Shown piece by piece: positions 34,208 through 46,272 of a stretch of 64,000 bases of DNA. This DNA comes from Epithemia pelagica (lineage: Eukaryota > Protista > Bacillariophyta): positions 1,364,001 through 1,428,000 of the forward strand of contig OX337232.1 of NCBI GenBank assembly GCA_946965045.2, read 5' to 3'. Every line of letters starts with the position of its first letter. Within the stretch, counting starts at the first letter, position 1. Below the pieces are notes generated by a model, which searched no databases, was not told the DNA's origin, and was given only the letters and a program-made list of their open reading frames with translations. The position numbers and the translations under genes are program-made.

Positions 34208-37088
34208 TTACTCATTTCGTTTCTTTGGTCCCCGACTCTCACTGCGTTCTCGCTTCGCGTCGTTCCGCTTTCTGCGCGGTCTACTTTCACTCCTTCCGTC
34301 AGTTTTATCCTTTTCCTTTCTGTTCCGTCCCCGACTCTCACTACGTTCTCGGTTCGCGTCGTTCCGTTTCCTGCGTGGTCTACTTTCACTTCTTTCGTCA
34401 GTTTTATCCTTTTCCTTTCTGTTCCGTCCCCGACTCTCACTACGTTCTCGGTTCGCGTCGTTCCGCTTCCTGCGTGGTCTACTTTCACTTCTTTCGTCAA
34501 CGGTGTCATCTTCCTGTATGTTCCGTCCCCGGCTCTCGCTTCGGTCCCGGTTTTCCTTATTTTTCCGGTCCTTTCGTCTCCAAAACCTTCCTTTGCCCTT
34601 CGCATCACTTTCTTCCTCGTCCTCTTCCGCTTCTTCTTGCTCTCGTTTAAGTTTCTCGGCTTTTTCTTCAGCCTCTTTCTGGCGCTTCTTCTCCCATTTC
34701 TTGCGACTTGCTATTCGGCGCTCTTCTTCCTCCTTAACTCGTTTTTCTCTCTCTTCACGAAGCGTCGATACACGTGAATCTTTCCGTTGTGAATATTCCC
34801 TGTCCATCAAAGAGTAGCTAGCGGCGGGAGCTGCTGCAAGAACACGCTCCTTCGCTTCTTTGGCACGCTTCTTTTTCAACTGAGCTTCAGATTCCTCCTT
34901 GGGTTCTTTTTCTTCCTTTTCGTCCTGTTGTTTTGAACGTCCGAACGGCAACCACCTCCGCTTCTTGACATCTTCTGGATTCTCTTCTTCTTTCTTTTCG
35001 TCTGTATTTGATTCATCTTCATCTTCCTTTTTGTCACCTGTTGAATCTTTCTTCTTTCGCTTCTCTTTTTTTTTTCGGTAACTGACTTTCGGAACCACTT
35101 TCGTGCGAGACTTCACCTTCACGAGGACTAACTGGTTCTACAGTATCCGGATTCATCGGCGATGATGGCTTCGCCAGTGCATCTGCAGCCCACGAAAGAG
35201 ACTGCCCAGACTTCTTTGATTTCTTCAAACTACTCACTGGAGCCTTCTGTAAATTCCCCGAAGAGCCCAAGCCTTGGTTTTCCGTGTCAGAGTGGTCGAT
35301 CTTCTGTGCCATGGCAGCGCCGAAAATTGACGTTATTGGTTTAGGTTTAGCAGCAGGCTTTGAATCTTCTGGTTGTTTTCCAGTCCCCACTTCACTCGGG
35401 GATGCCTGATGCTTTTGCGCCATTGCAGCGCCAAAGATCGAGCTTATTGGTTTGGGTCCCGCAGCAGTCTTCGTGTCTTCGCTCGGTCCTACCTGAGGCT
35501 TTTGTGATTGATTTTGTTGTTGCGCCATTGCCGCACCAAAGATTGACGTTATTGGTTTGGGTTTCGCAGCGATTTTCGCTTCTTCAGCCTCTTGTTCGGT
35601 GTCGACTTCACTCCGTGCACACGGAGGCTTCTTGTCTTGGTTACTCTGCTGTGCCATTGCAGCGCCGAAAATCGACGTTATTGGCTTGGACTTAATTGCG
35701 AGCTTTGAGTCTGCTGGCTCTTGTTGGGCTTCTGTGTCGGCTTTATTCTTTGGACTCTCCGGTTTGGAGGCTCGATTGTTCTGCTGCGCCATTGCCGCTC
35801 CAAAAATCGATTTTATTGGCTTGGGTTTAGCTGCCATCTTTGAGTCCACTGGCTCTTTTCTTGCTTCATTGCCAATTGTGGTGGCTCGACTCTCCGGTTT
35901 ACGCGTTTGGATGCTCTGTTGCGCCATTGCCGCTCCAAAAATTGAAGTTATTGGTTTGGGTGTCGCTGCAGTCTTTGAGTCTTCATTGGTCGACTTCGGT
36001 TTACCTTTTGCTTCAGCTACATCAAGAGCGGAAGAATAGTGCGCCTCTTTCTTTTTGGATTTCTTGGAAGAAGATGCTGTCTTCTGCAAATCTGGGGCCT
36101 CCGCGGTTGCCACGGCATCAGGCTTTGATTGATTAGTTTCCATCGAGTCATGATAAACCTCCGAGCTACTGCGATCTTGTTGCTGCGATTGTTTGGTTGG
36201 TTCATGAGAACCTTCACTTAGATCTACGGACCGACCTAATCGTCGTCCAAGCTCTGCTTGGAGTTCTTCCACAGAGGCCAAATGCAGTGATGATTCGGAG
36301 GTGCACACGGTCGACACTTCCTCTGTGGAAATATTAGAAGAATCCTCTGTTAGGATGTCCTCGTCTTGAGTACTAGCTGTATATTTGGTGGCGTTGGCAT
36401 GAAGTAGGTCGAACGAAGAGTTCGACGATGACGAGTAAGAATCATCGTCTGCTGTCTCTTCTGTATTATCAGCACTCCCCCCTGATTTCCCCTTCAATTC
36501 AGGTTTGACAGTCTCGTCAGTTGTTGTCTCTTGAGGCAACACCATGTCTGCAAACTCGCTGCGATTTTGAGATTTATCAGATGAGGGGGCAGCAGTAATG
36601 CCCGACATACTGTTTTGTAGGGCATTAATTATTGACGACGATGTAGTGTCGTCGTCGTTGGGAATATCCAGGGACGAAGAATCATTGCTGCGAAACGAGG
36701 AATTTTTCTTCGTTTTGGGTTCCAGCAATGGTTCCATATTTCGAAGTTCTTTCATCATTTCAGGTGACACTTTCTTCCTAGTCCCTGTCTTGGAACTCTT
36801 CGACGATGAGCTCTTTTTCTTGCTCTTCTTTTTCTTCTTCTTTTGTTTGTGCTTGGACGAGGAACCTGCCGGATTCTCGGCAACCTCCTCCATGGCTTGT
36901 ACTGGCTTCAATGGTTTTGCTGCGTCACTTGGTTTTGCGTGTATCTGTTCATCATCGTCAACTGAAGCTTCCCCTTCCATCTTTGGTACCTCCTCGTTTC
37001 CATGCATTTCCTGCTTCTCCTCGGAAACCATGTCCTTGACCTCCACCGTAAGTAACGTATCGACCTCGCTCATGGTGTTGGATAGCAT
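34208..37088 (-). CDS. Large disordered repeat protein with six KP(I/K)(T/S)SIFGAAMAQ repeats and an RSESR-rich tail; apparent 1-bp frameshift at a T10 run
   Basis: ORFs 35034..37088 and 34208..35122 join as ..SQLPKKK-EKRKKKDSTGD if one base is removed from the T10 run at 35066-35075. There are 96-bp C-terminal tandem units at about 34225-34500. Confidence 0.6.
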
Positions 37089-37831
37089 AGAACGTCGTCG
37101 CCCCCAATGTATACGGGATATTGCCGCCTAATAAATTTCAGAGTGAGCGTGAATGGAGATGATGGGAATGGGGAGGCGACAAGGCACGCGAGGAGAGTGC
37201 ATCCGACTTTCTCCGAGAGCGAGAGCGCTAAATCCTAAATCTTTTTAAAACGTAAACTTTAACCGTCATATTTCGTACTATATGTGAGAAGTGTACTAGA
37301 CACGAGCGCACGTTAGAAGAAATAGACGGGCATAAGAAGCGCGCGCCGTACCGTCTACTTTTTATTGCAGTCTACTTTCTTTGCTCTTTTCTCTTAAATG
37401 TTGCCGATCCTACTATTGTACGAAACCATTCACGCTCGACCGGGAATACCCAGCACAAAGAACCGAGTCCCAACTGAATCGTTGTCTGTATAAATAACGT
37501 AGGGATTACTAGTACGAGTGTAAGTAGTGATAGGGAGTGGTTCATCCACGGATGCGCAATGCAGGATGCAGTACGCAATTATTTACCAACTCCAATCCCT
37601 ACCATCTTCCAAAGTTCAGAGTATTACTCGTGTACAATACGAGAACTACACGTACAGAACTACGAGTACGAGTACTCCCCACGACCTAACGACATCGACA
37701 AGGCTACCTGGGCTAAGTACGGATATGCAGTATCAAATCGTTTGTCTAATAAAGTCTCTCTAGGTAGGCGGTGGAATGCTGGATACTCTTGCCATAAAGA
37801 TTCCGAGGAATGCAAGGTGATGCCAAGGTGC

Positions 37832-39916
37832 CTATTGTTGGGACAATCGCCGGCGTCGTAGACCAAACCAGCGTCGTTTCTTGACCTTTTCGTGATTTTG
37901 GAGCGAAGAAGAAGACGAGTCTTGAATGAGATGCAAGTCACTGCTGAAATCCAAGGCGGAATCCGAAGTCTCGAGTCCATGGCAAAACCGTGTAATACTC
38001 CCCGAGGTTGTGGTGGTAGTTGGATTCGACGCGATGGGATCGACCAAGACGGACAATGGCTGGCTCGATTCGATATCTGCTGGAGAGGACTCTGCTGGTT
38101 GCGAGCTGCTTGTGGTTTCCAGCCAGGTCGTATCAAACGAAGGCTCTGACTTCAAGACTTGAAGGGGAGAAGATGTTAGCTCGGTAGCAGCATTTGGGGT
38201 ACCTACATTTCCTTGTCCAACATTCCATCGATCTGTTTGGGATAGACTAGAGGCTTGTTCCGGAAGCGGTTGTTCTGGCCTGTTGGCAGTTGCTGCAGGT
38301 AGGACTGCCGACTGTGCCTCTCGTTGATTATTCCGAAGCAGATCCTGGTCTGTGATCTCACCTGTTCCGAAAAACCATCCGCCTTCTACCAAGTCAGAAG
38401 GAGAATCCGCATCGTCGGATCCGGTCCCCCTCATTACAAGATCGGTTTCCAGAATCACAGGATCCTCTCGAGGACCATTAGAGGGTGGACAACTAGGGCT
38501 AACGACACTTTCTGGCTGGTTATTTTCTTCATCACCCTGCCCGGAGTCTGAGGAAACTAAGTTTGGAGTACCAGTTTCTTCGTTCTGAATTCTTGAAAAG
38601 ACCTTGTTTTCTTCCGTTCCGGATGCCTCATTTTGTGCATTTCCCTTTTGCAAAACAACTTCTTCGATCTCTGAGCAACTATCATCATTGTCCACGGTGG
38701 ACGAAGCAGTGACACTCAGCGACGAGTTGCTTCCATCTTGTTTCTCGACCACAGGATCGAAATGGACCTTTTGACAAGTTGTACCACATTTTTCGTGAAG
38801 AGTATTGCCGCCACCCTGTGCGGGATTGGCCTCCTTAGCTTCGCACTCTTGGTCTTGTGGGAGGCTCTCGTTGCTGCTGATCCATGCATTGTTTTCCGGT
38901 CGAACAATTGGAGCTTTTTGATACGACTGGGTTTCATTTGCTGTTGACTGGTCCGCTCCCGGTGCTTGACTGTTAATGGTCAGGATTTGAGGAGGCACAA
39001 GTGTCTGTTTTTTGTTTACAACGGGAAGTGGAGATTCATGGCCTTCCAGCGATGATTCAAAAACCACATCGTCAGTGTCAAATTGGCTATTTGCCAGCTG
39101 ATCCAGAGGAGACGACAGGTGTTTGGTGGGTTCCTGGAATTGACTTTCACGCAGAGTCCTGAGTTTGTCGTCCGGAAGCGATCTCGGACGGTCCACAAGG
39201 ACATTGACGACTTGATCTTCTCCATCGACGTTGTCATTGTTGTCAGATGTATCACCCTGATCGGAATCCTCTGAACTGCTCTGTCCAGTGCTGTACGAAG
39301 AATCGGATTCGTATTGATCGGCCGGGATCTCCATTTCTCCAGAACTAAGACTGGAACTCGGCAAGAATCCACGACCATGCTCGTTGACAATGGAATCAAG
39401 AATACTAAGGTATTTGGTACTGTCAATGTACTGAATAGATTCATCATCTTCGGACGATGCTTCATCGCTTGATGGCAACATTGGGTCCAGATTCCGTGTT
39501 TCCTTGCGACGTTGCGAGGATAGTTTCTTTTTCTTTTTCTTCTTTTTTGTAGAGGAATGCTTTTTCTTTTTCTTTTTGGGAGAGTAGTCTTCATCCTTAT
39601 GCTTGGAGGAGGAGGACTGTTTCTTGGAAGAAGAGGACGACGATTTCTTCTTGCTGCTTTTGCGGGACTTTGACTTGCTTCGTTTTCGCTCTACCTCGTC
39701 GTCCGATCCGTTCTCACTTTGATCTCTTTCATCATCTGTTTCATTGGTCGATGAAATTTTCTTCTTCTTTTTTCGCGATTTCTTGGCGTGTTTCTTGCTG
39801 TTCCTACTCGTATTTGCAATTATGGACTCTTCAGGAACATTTACATGTTCAACAGCCGGCTCGGCAACACTAACATGCTGGTTGACCACGACGGCTATTG
39901 CACCTGGAGGATCCAT
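37832..39916 (-). CDS. Hypothetical K/S/E-rich disordered protein, 694 aa
   Basis: 2.08-kb ORF with poly-K tracts and a basic C-terminal KKRRWFGLRRRR; no domain recognised. Confidence 0.55.
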   Translation of the reverse strand: MDPPGAIAVVVNQHVSVAEPAVEHVNVPEESIIANTSRNSKKHAKKSRKKKKKISSTNETDDERDQSENGSDDEVERKRSKSKSRKSSKKKSSSSSSKKQSSSSKHKDEDYSPKKKKKKHSSTKKKKKKKKLSSQRRKETRNLDPMLPSSDEASSEDDESIQYIDSTKYLSILDSIVNEHGRGFLPSSSLSSGEMEIPADQYESDSSYSTGQSSSEDSDQGDTSDNNDNVDGEDQVVNVLVDRPRSLPDDKLRTLRESQFQEPTKHLSSPLDQLANSQFDTDDVVFESSLEGHESPLPVVNKKQTLVPPQILTINSQAPGADQSTANETQSYQKAPIVRPENNAWISSNESLPQDQECEAKEANPAQGGGNTLHEKCGTTCQKVHFDPVVEKQDGSNSSLSVTASSTVDNDDSCSEIEEVVLQKGNAQNEASGTEENKVFSRIQNEETGTPNLVSSDSGQGDEENNQPESVVSPSCPPSNGPREDPVILETDLVMRGTGSDDADSPSDLVEGGWFFGTGEITDQDLLRNNQREAQSAVLPAATANRPEQPLPEQASSLSQTDRWNVGQGNVGTPNAATELTSSPLQVLKSEPSFDTTWLETTSSSQPAESSPADIESSQPLSVLVDPIASNPTTTTTSGSITRFCHGLETSDSALDFSSDLHLIQDSSSSSLQNHEKVKKRRWFGLRRRRLSQQ

Positions 39917-40076
39917 CCTTCATTTACAATGATCATCCCCTGGTACCGCAGCGGTTTGATTTGGGAGCAACGCAATGGGCATACGAGGCGTCAAACTTCA
40001 TGCATTCGCATAATATAGAGTGCCTCCATCTTCAGAATTGCGATCATGCTCGTGTATCCGACTGGCTCATGATGAT

Positions 40077-40214
40077 CGATGATCGTGATACGAAGGGGAA
40101 AGGCTATAACACCGCTCTGACAGGGGCTATTATCACTAATGATGAGTTAGATTTTAGATTGTACTGTTGCCCAAAATGAAATCTGATTGGGTTCATAGTT
40201 TAATATTAAAGCCT
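40077..40214 (+). repeat. Dispersed repeat, copy 1 (partner at 61142-61265)
   Basis: CGATGATCGTGATAC(G/A)AAGGGGAAAGGCTATAACAC..GACAGGGGCTATTAT..GATGAGTTAGAT..AATGAAATCTGATTGGGTTCATAG(T/C)TTAATATTAAAGCCT is shared with a few substitutions and two small indels. Confidence 0.9.
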
Positions 40215-40409
40215 CTTAATTCGATTTAGATTGCATATTGCATTCCTTCTTTTTTCCCCTGTGAAGGTGAAGACCTCTCCAGGATTTGTTTTTACGAAAA
40301 AAAGGCAAATAGTTGTCACACTGGTCACTATCTGCCAATAAGTACCGGAGGTATGTTTTATCGTTGCATAATATAAGTAGTTAGTACTCGTATCTCGTAT
40401 GCATCACGA

Positions 40410-42092
40410 TTGGATGATCGGGCGTCCCACGCTGTTTGCTGTTTGAGAGAATTATTGGGTCTACGCAACCCAGCAACAACCATGGCAGCCCGTTTTTTCT
40501 CTTCTGTGACCGATCAGGGCACTCCTGAATACCTTGCTTCCGCTTCCAAACTGTACGAACGACAGCCTGTGACGCAACTCTGGAATCGACTCACTCGGGT
40601 CACCGAGAAACAATGGAGTTGGCTTGCCGTCCCCGATAGCGAACGGTGGGTGGCGGCCGAAGTGCGCGTCTGTATCGTTAGCGGGCCTCCCGGGAACGGA
40701 AAGTCAAGTGCATGCTATGAATGGGCTGTGCGGATATGCCAACAAGAATGGGTAGATTGCGTAACATGGGTGGATTGTGCAACCGTCGAAAGGGAGCCTG
40801 GTGCATGGGTTCTACAAAAGTGCAGTAATTACGCAAACAATTACCGCGCTACAGCTGTGCCTGTTCCCCAACGAGCCGATGACATAACTGGAAAAGTGGT
40901 TGTGTTTGATGGTTTGAGAGCAGAGACCATTGACAGCTGGATTGGGGTCGTTGCAAAGTTGTGTCGCAAAGGCATTGCGGCAATTCTATGTTCTTCCGAG
41001 TCGGTCAGAGTTCACGTTGGGAACACACAAGATATTACTCAACTTCGCCACCGGTTCCCTGCATGGTCTCTCGAGGAATACAATAGTGCTTGTGAGGATG
41101 ACGAATTTTGGAGTCAAGCCCGGCTTCAATTTCCTGGGCCACCACCTCAAGCAGCTTCACCTGCGGAAAAGGAATCCGCGCTGGAACAAAAATTCAAGTT
41201 TGCGGGCCATTGTGCTCGCTTTATGTTCCGTAGCTCGATTCCCGAAATTAAGGAGCAGATCGACGAGGGTGTGAAAGCCTTGAAGAGCAGCATTGAGTCA
41301 ATGCAAGCCGCACTGGTGAATTATCGTAATACCGGAGCCATCAACAGGTTGATCGCTTTTGTGGAAAATAATGGACCAACACCTGCTCTAGTACCCCTCC
41401 TCCCCGCTGACATGCCTGCAGCACCAGACCGGTATGCGCTTCATGTACACGATGATGAGTTTGTTTCAAGCGACGCAAAAAATGTCTTTGTTAGTGCCCA
41501 TGCAACCCAAGCCGTTCTTTCATCAATGCCAAAATCGGTCGACAAACTTCGCACAGTCGCGGCCACGACAGGCAATCGTGCCATTGAAGGCTACGCCCTT
41601 GAGATTCGTTTGCAGGAAAAGCTCCAGCAGGCCCGAGACACAAACAGCCCACTGTCGGTGATTACCAGTTCTGGAGAGTCAGAGAGTTGGAATGTTGTAA
41701 CCTTTCGAGAAGCGGCAAGTGGAAAAATTGAAGATGACATCGCGACCAACAATGCAGTTGGTGCTTGGTTTTGGATCGGTGGCAACCAAGGAGGGTTTGA
41801 TGCTATACATGTGTATGGAGCGACTTCTATACGGTTTGTCCAGGTAACTTCTGGCGCATCACATTCTCTCTATCTTGATTTTATTAACAGGTTGCTTCAA
41901 AACGTTTCATTGAAAGGCAGAAGCTTCAGCACTGTTGACTTTGTGACCTTGCGACCCGCCGATGATTATCGAAATTTTAGCCTGGAAGCTCCACGAGCAA
42001 GACTTGGTCAAGGATGGATGGATTTTGCTGGCCAACTCTGGACAACTGGAGATCAACGCGGCCATACCAGAGTGCTGAAGCTGGACTGGTAA
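40410..42092 (+). CDS. Crinkler/RHS-type protein: P-loop NTPase plus C-terminal restriction-endonuclease-fold domain
   Basis: Walker A IVSGPPGNGKS, Walker B-like VVVFDG, FAGHCARFMF. REase-like AIEGYALE..NQGGFDAI..IRFVQVTSGASHSL. The N-terminal header may be missing. Confidence 0.65.
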   Translation: MDDRASHAVCCLRELLGLRNPATTMAARFFSSVTDQGTPEYLASASKLYERQPVTQLWNRLTRVTEKQWSWLAVPDSERWVAAEVRVCIVSGPPGNGKSSACYEWAVRICQQEWVDCVTWVDCATVEREPGAWVLQKCSNYANNYRATAVPVPQRADDITGKVVVFDGLRAETIDSWIGVVAKLCRKGIAAILCSSESVRVHVGNTQDITQLRHRFPAWSLEEYNSACEDDEFWSQARLQFPGPPPQAASPAEKESALEQKFKFAGHCARFMFRSSIPEIKEQIDEGVKALKSSIESMQAALVNYRNTGAINRLIAFVENNGPTPALVPLLPADMPAAPDRYALHVHDDEFVSSDAKNVFVSAHATQAVLSSMPKSVDKLRTVAATTGNRAIEGYALEIRLQEKLQQARDTNSPLSVITSSGESESWNVVTFREAASGKIEDDIATNNAVGAWFWIGGNQGGFDAIHVYGATSIRFVQVTSGASHSLYLDFINRLLQNVSLKGRSFSTVDFVTLRPADDYRNFSLEAPRARLGQGWMDFAGQLWTTGDQRGHTRVLKLDW

Positions 42093-42535
42093 GGGTTGCG
42101 GTGCTGATTGTCAGCCATGCGTCGTTGCTGGAAAAACCATGGAGTCGACCCGAATTCTTTCTTCACAGACTCTTACCTGTGAAAGAAACTATGAAGTCGG
42201 CTCTGTCGCAACGGAATGCCTAACATTGGACCGATCCAGAGGTTACATCGACCGCACACACAACTGCCAGCAATGGTTCGGTTCGCATAGATCCTCATTC
42301 CACTCATGGCGCAGGAGGCTTGCGCCTTCTGGCTGGTACCACTCGCCAATAAGCAAGCCTCCTTGTCGTACCGACACAATGGCAATTGCTTTTATTGTAT
42401 GTTAAGTTCTATAATTTTGTTGGTGTTGCTAAGCGGCCGTTCCGCAAAGCTGGTGGGGTTGGTGGTGAGAAGGGAAAAATTGCGCGAGGGTAAAGGGAGT
42501 GTATAGGTTTTGTTGTGGGGCAAAACCCAGTCGCT

Positions 42536-45500
42536 CTAGCCTGGCCCGCTGGGTATTTTGGATACGGCTGTTGTATTCTCTGTTGCGCAAAGTGTTGAGA
42601 TTTGTTTGTTCAAGTGTGTGGCTAAAGAGGAAACGATTGCATGTGAGAGGGAAGCTTTGGCGAAATGGCCAATGGAGTTGATATATGCTTCTGGAAAAGA
42701 AAAGCCTGGAGTCCTGGTTGTGGCTTTTGCGGCAAGATTGCCTGGGAGGTCTTGGAGATTTTGGTACAGAGCGAAAGAGGCTGGATGTTTTTTGGATCTT
42801 GATGGGTTGCGTCCAAAGTGGTCATCGGTCCAAGCAGGAGGAACCGCAGAGGAGAATGGGTGTGGGAGGTCGTCTGGGTGGAACAAGATAGAGTGTGCAA
42901 AAGAGCCCAGGGAGCCCAAGTGATCAATGGTGAAAGGAAGAAGATAGATTCCGTTTTGGAGGAGGTGCACGGCGGTGTCATTGTCCCGACAGAACTTGGA
43001 TCGCGCGGATTCCTGATGCGGCCTCGAAGCAGCAGAGGCAAGGGCGGTATGGTCGGCCGGGTCAGGAAGTGGCGTTCTGGTCGGAGGAGGGGGGATGGTG
43101 ACATCCAGAGCGACGTAGTCGAAGGCCTCGTTCTTGTAGGGTTGACGTAACAATAAACCAACGTCGACGGGTCTGATGTTGCGTGAATGTTGTGGTGTGA
43201 GACCCGGTGGTTCGATGTGAACGTCTTGATGGTCTTCTACGAGGCCCACTTGTGGGGCCAAATGTTGCAACACGTCAAATACGGCGTCTCGGATGGTGTT
43301 AGAGAGGGCCGTTTTGTGGGCGGCCGTGCACGAGAACAGATGGTCGCCTTTGGGGTCTAACAAAGGTGCGGCGGTGCAGTGGCATTTACGGTGACGGAGG
43401 GAGTCCGGCAGGACTGGGAGTCGGAGTTTTCGCTTGATGGCGGTGGAAAAGGTAGCATTGTCGAGGCGGAAGGCTTCGGCTGGTCTGGGTAGGTGCAGCG
43501 CCAGGCTTGTGAGAGGGGACAAGGCAGAAGGGAGGGACGGCCGCGTACTCGCTGGTGTGGCTTCAATCAACGCCGGGACAGTGTGCTCGACTAATGTGTG
43601 GTGGAGGAGGTGGCGATGGGTGGCACGGTCGAAGCGTGTTGGATTGGTGATAGCTTCGGAGGCAAATTCGTTGGCAAACAGGGCCAAAGATCGACGGTAA
43701 GTCACGAGCCAGGGGAGTTCGCTATGCTCCCAGTCTGACCAAAAGTGTTTGTGTGGGTTAGGTACTGGTGTGTCCCTGGAGGCCGCTAAACGAATGGTTC
43801 TGGCTGTCTGGGTTATGAGGGACGGGCGGGCTGCGGCCGAGGCATGGGTGTATCCCAGTCCGCCGAGACGATTCGGCAAAGTCGCGATGAGGGTGGCCGT
43901 GTTGGTAATGCTGGTCGTTGGGAGGGCTGTGACGAGGGCGAGGAACTTGGTGACAAGGAGTTGGGTGGCCTGTGTTGTGGGGCTGTCCCAGCTTGTGGTG
44001 GTTGCTTGTGTGTCGGGGTGGGCGAGGACAAGGTCCGAGGGAAGAGGTGCAGGATGGAGGGCACCACCGAGTAGCGGAAAAGGTGGCTACGCGTTTGGAG
44101 GTCTGGAAGGGACGAGAGAAGTTCCATCTTGGCGGCAATGGCGGTGAGTCTGAGGTTGATGAACTGGCGAGCGAAGTCCTTGGAGTCAATTGGCTGGCCC
44201 AGGAACCGCGTGCCTCCTGTGATTTCCCTGCGTTCGGGGTGTTGTGGGTCCAACATGGTGAGGGCCTTTCGCAGGTATTGGCTGTTTTCGGTAGGGAGGG
44301 AGTCGATCGGGGAAATGCCTGTTGTTGTTGTGAGGATGAGTGTCTTTTGCTTGTTGAGGTCGATCCCCAGCGGTCGCCCGAGTTCCTCAAACCGGTGGAT
44401 AAACCAAGGGAGGTCTTCATGGGGGAGGCAGATGGACGTGTCGTCCATGATCGAAGCCGTGTGTGCCTGACCTCCCTTTCCATCGTCGTGTGTGTTGCCC
44501 GCCTTGAGTCTTTCTGCTGCCCGCTGCCGTTGTTTGTCGTTGAGTGTGGAGGTGAGGGCTTCTAAGACGAGGAAGGAGAAAAGGGGGCTCAGGGGGCAGC
44601 CCTGGGGGAAACCCTCTGTCTGCATCAGTTTGTCTGGGTCGTTGTTGTCATTGAAATACCAAGAGGGGGTTGCTGCTTGTGTCAGCATGTCGAAGAGTGG
44701 GATGAGCGGGGCAGTGGCGTCGTGTTTAAGCAGAATCTTCCGTGCCTCCGTTCTCGATGTGTTGTTGAACATGTTGTGGAGGTCAAGGAGGATGAGCGCT
44801 CTCGTTGGTGTTGGTGGTTTGATAATGTGTTTGTGGACTGCTGCCGTTGTTGTGTGGGCGACGAAATCGATTCCGCCTTCAACTTGTATTCCGTATTGTC
44901 CCCCTGCGACCAGCAGCGGGCGGACGGTCTCGGAGACGTGGACGAGAGCGACTTTGGCTGTGAGTCGTCGCAGTGCCGTGCCAATCCCAATGGGTCTCAG
45001 CCGTTCCAGGTTCTCGGGGTCCTTGTGAAGGGCCAAAAAGTAGTTGCTTCCGAGGATGGAGTGCACGGCGGGGGGAAGCTGCGCCGTGACCAGGAGTTGG
45101 AGAAGTTGTTGCATGTTGTTAAAGTATGGCCGTGTTGAGTTGGGCGCTCTCGTTGTTCTGTGCAAGGCCATGGAAACTAGTGCATCAGTGCATGATGCGG
45201 AAGGGCCGGAGGCTGTGCCCGTCTTCATCTGTCTGAGGGCCAGCTCAAACTGCCCACTATCCAGTTGCATGAATTGGCGTGGGGGTGGTGGATGGTGGAG
45301 ATGGCCTTGGTGTCTGGTCGTTTGTGGAGGGTCGCGCCTGGGGGGAAAGAGGTCCTTTCTGATTTTCTCAATTCGCTGTGGGGTCAAGGTTGCTGTTGGC
45401 ATTTTGGTAGTGAGGCGGTTGAAAGCGGTGGAATAGTTTCCCGCGTCCGCTGCTCGTTGTGCTGCTGCTACTCGACCTTGTGGGATCGGAGTCGTTGCCT

Positions 45501-46272
45501 GGGAGTTGTTGGAGGGGGTTGGTTGGGGACGGTTGTTGGAGTTTTGGTTTGTTGTTGTTTGGTGGCTGTGCTGGGTGGAGTCTTGGTTGGAGTTCCAGAT
45601 GGATTCGTAGAGGTCCCTGATCTTGCCTTTTTTGATCAGCTGGTGTCGTGCTCTAAGTGCATCTGATGGTCTCTTGTGGCCGGTCATGGACGTGGGTGCG
45701 AGCAGGAGTGGCTCGAGTATCAGTATCAGTTTCCAAAATGGGGTGGCGTCTGTTTGGCATGGGTGTGGCCTTGTGTCTCTTTTGGTGTCTTCCCTCAGTG
45801 GTGGGGTGGCTTCCAGAATCCAGTTGACGGTGTTGTTATACGCTACAAAGTATTCTTTTCTCAGAGGATGCTTGAGTTTGTGCCAAATTGTTCTGCAAAT
45901 GGGTGGCGGGGTGATGTTGAGTCCGTGGAGGAACTCGATGGATTCTTTCCAGTTGGCTTTGATGGTGTCGTCGGCGTGGCGGTACGTGTTTAGAACTAGT
46001 TGTAAATTGGTGATTGTCCTAGTATGTTTATTGTCTTGGTGGTTCTTGAGGTGCCCTTGCGACGTGTAGATAGTGCTCGGTTTATTGCACTGTAGGCATA
46101 CGTGCATTCCGTGTCGTCGGCAGAATTCTTCGTCCATGTGGGAGTGAATGAGATGCTGTTTTAGTTGGTGAACGGTGTCTTTTTGGTTGTTTTTTTGGTT
46201 GGGGTTGGGTGTTGACTTCCAGTCGCAATTTGGGACCGGACAGCGTTTGATTGGCTTGGTTGTGGTACTCAT
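42536..46272 (-). CDS. Retrotransposon ORF2: two C2H2 zinc fingers, reverse transcriptase, CCHC knuckle and restriction-like endonuclease; one 1-bp frameshift
   Basis: Zinc fingers CPVPNC..HLIHSH and CLQC..HQDNKH. RT motifs LRPIGIGTALRRL, QYGI, LDLHNMFN, GFPQGCPLSP, IMDD, LGIDLNKQKT, FLGQPI. One extra base in the G3 run at 44039-44041 gives ..LHLFPSDL..TLPNRLGGLG. RLE region CHC..DPKGDHLFSC, RPVDV, ALDVTI, PFTIDHLGSLG. Confidence 0.85.
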
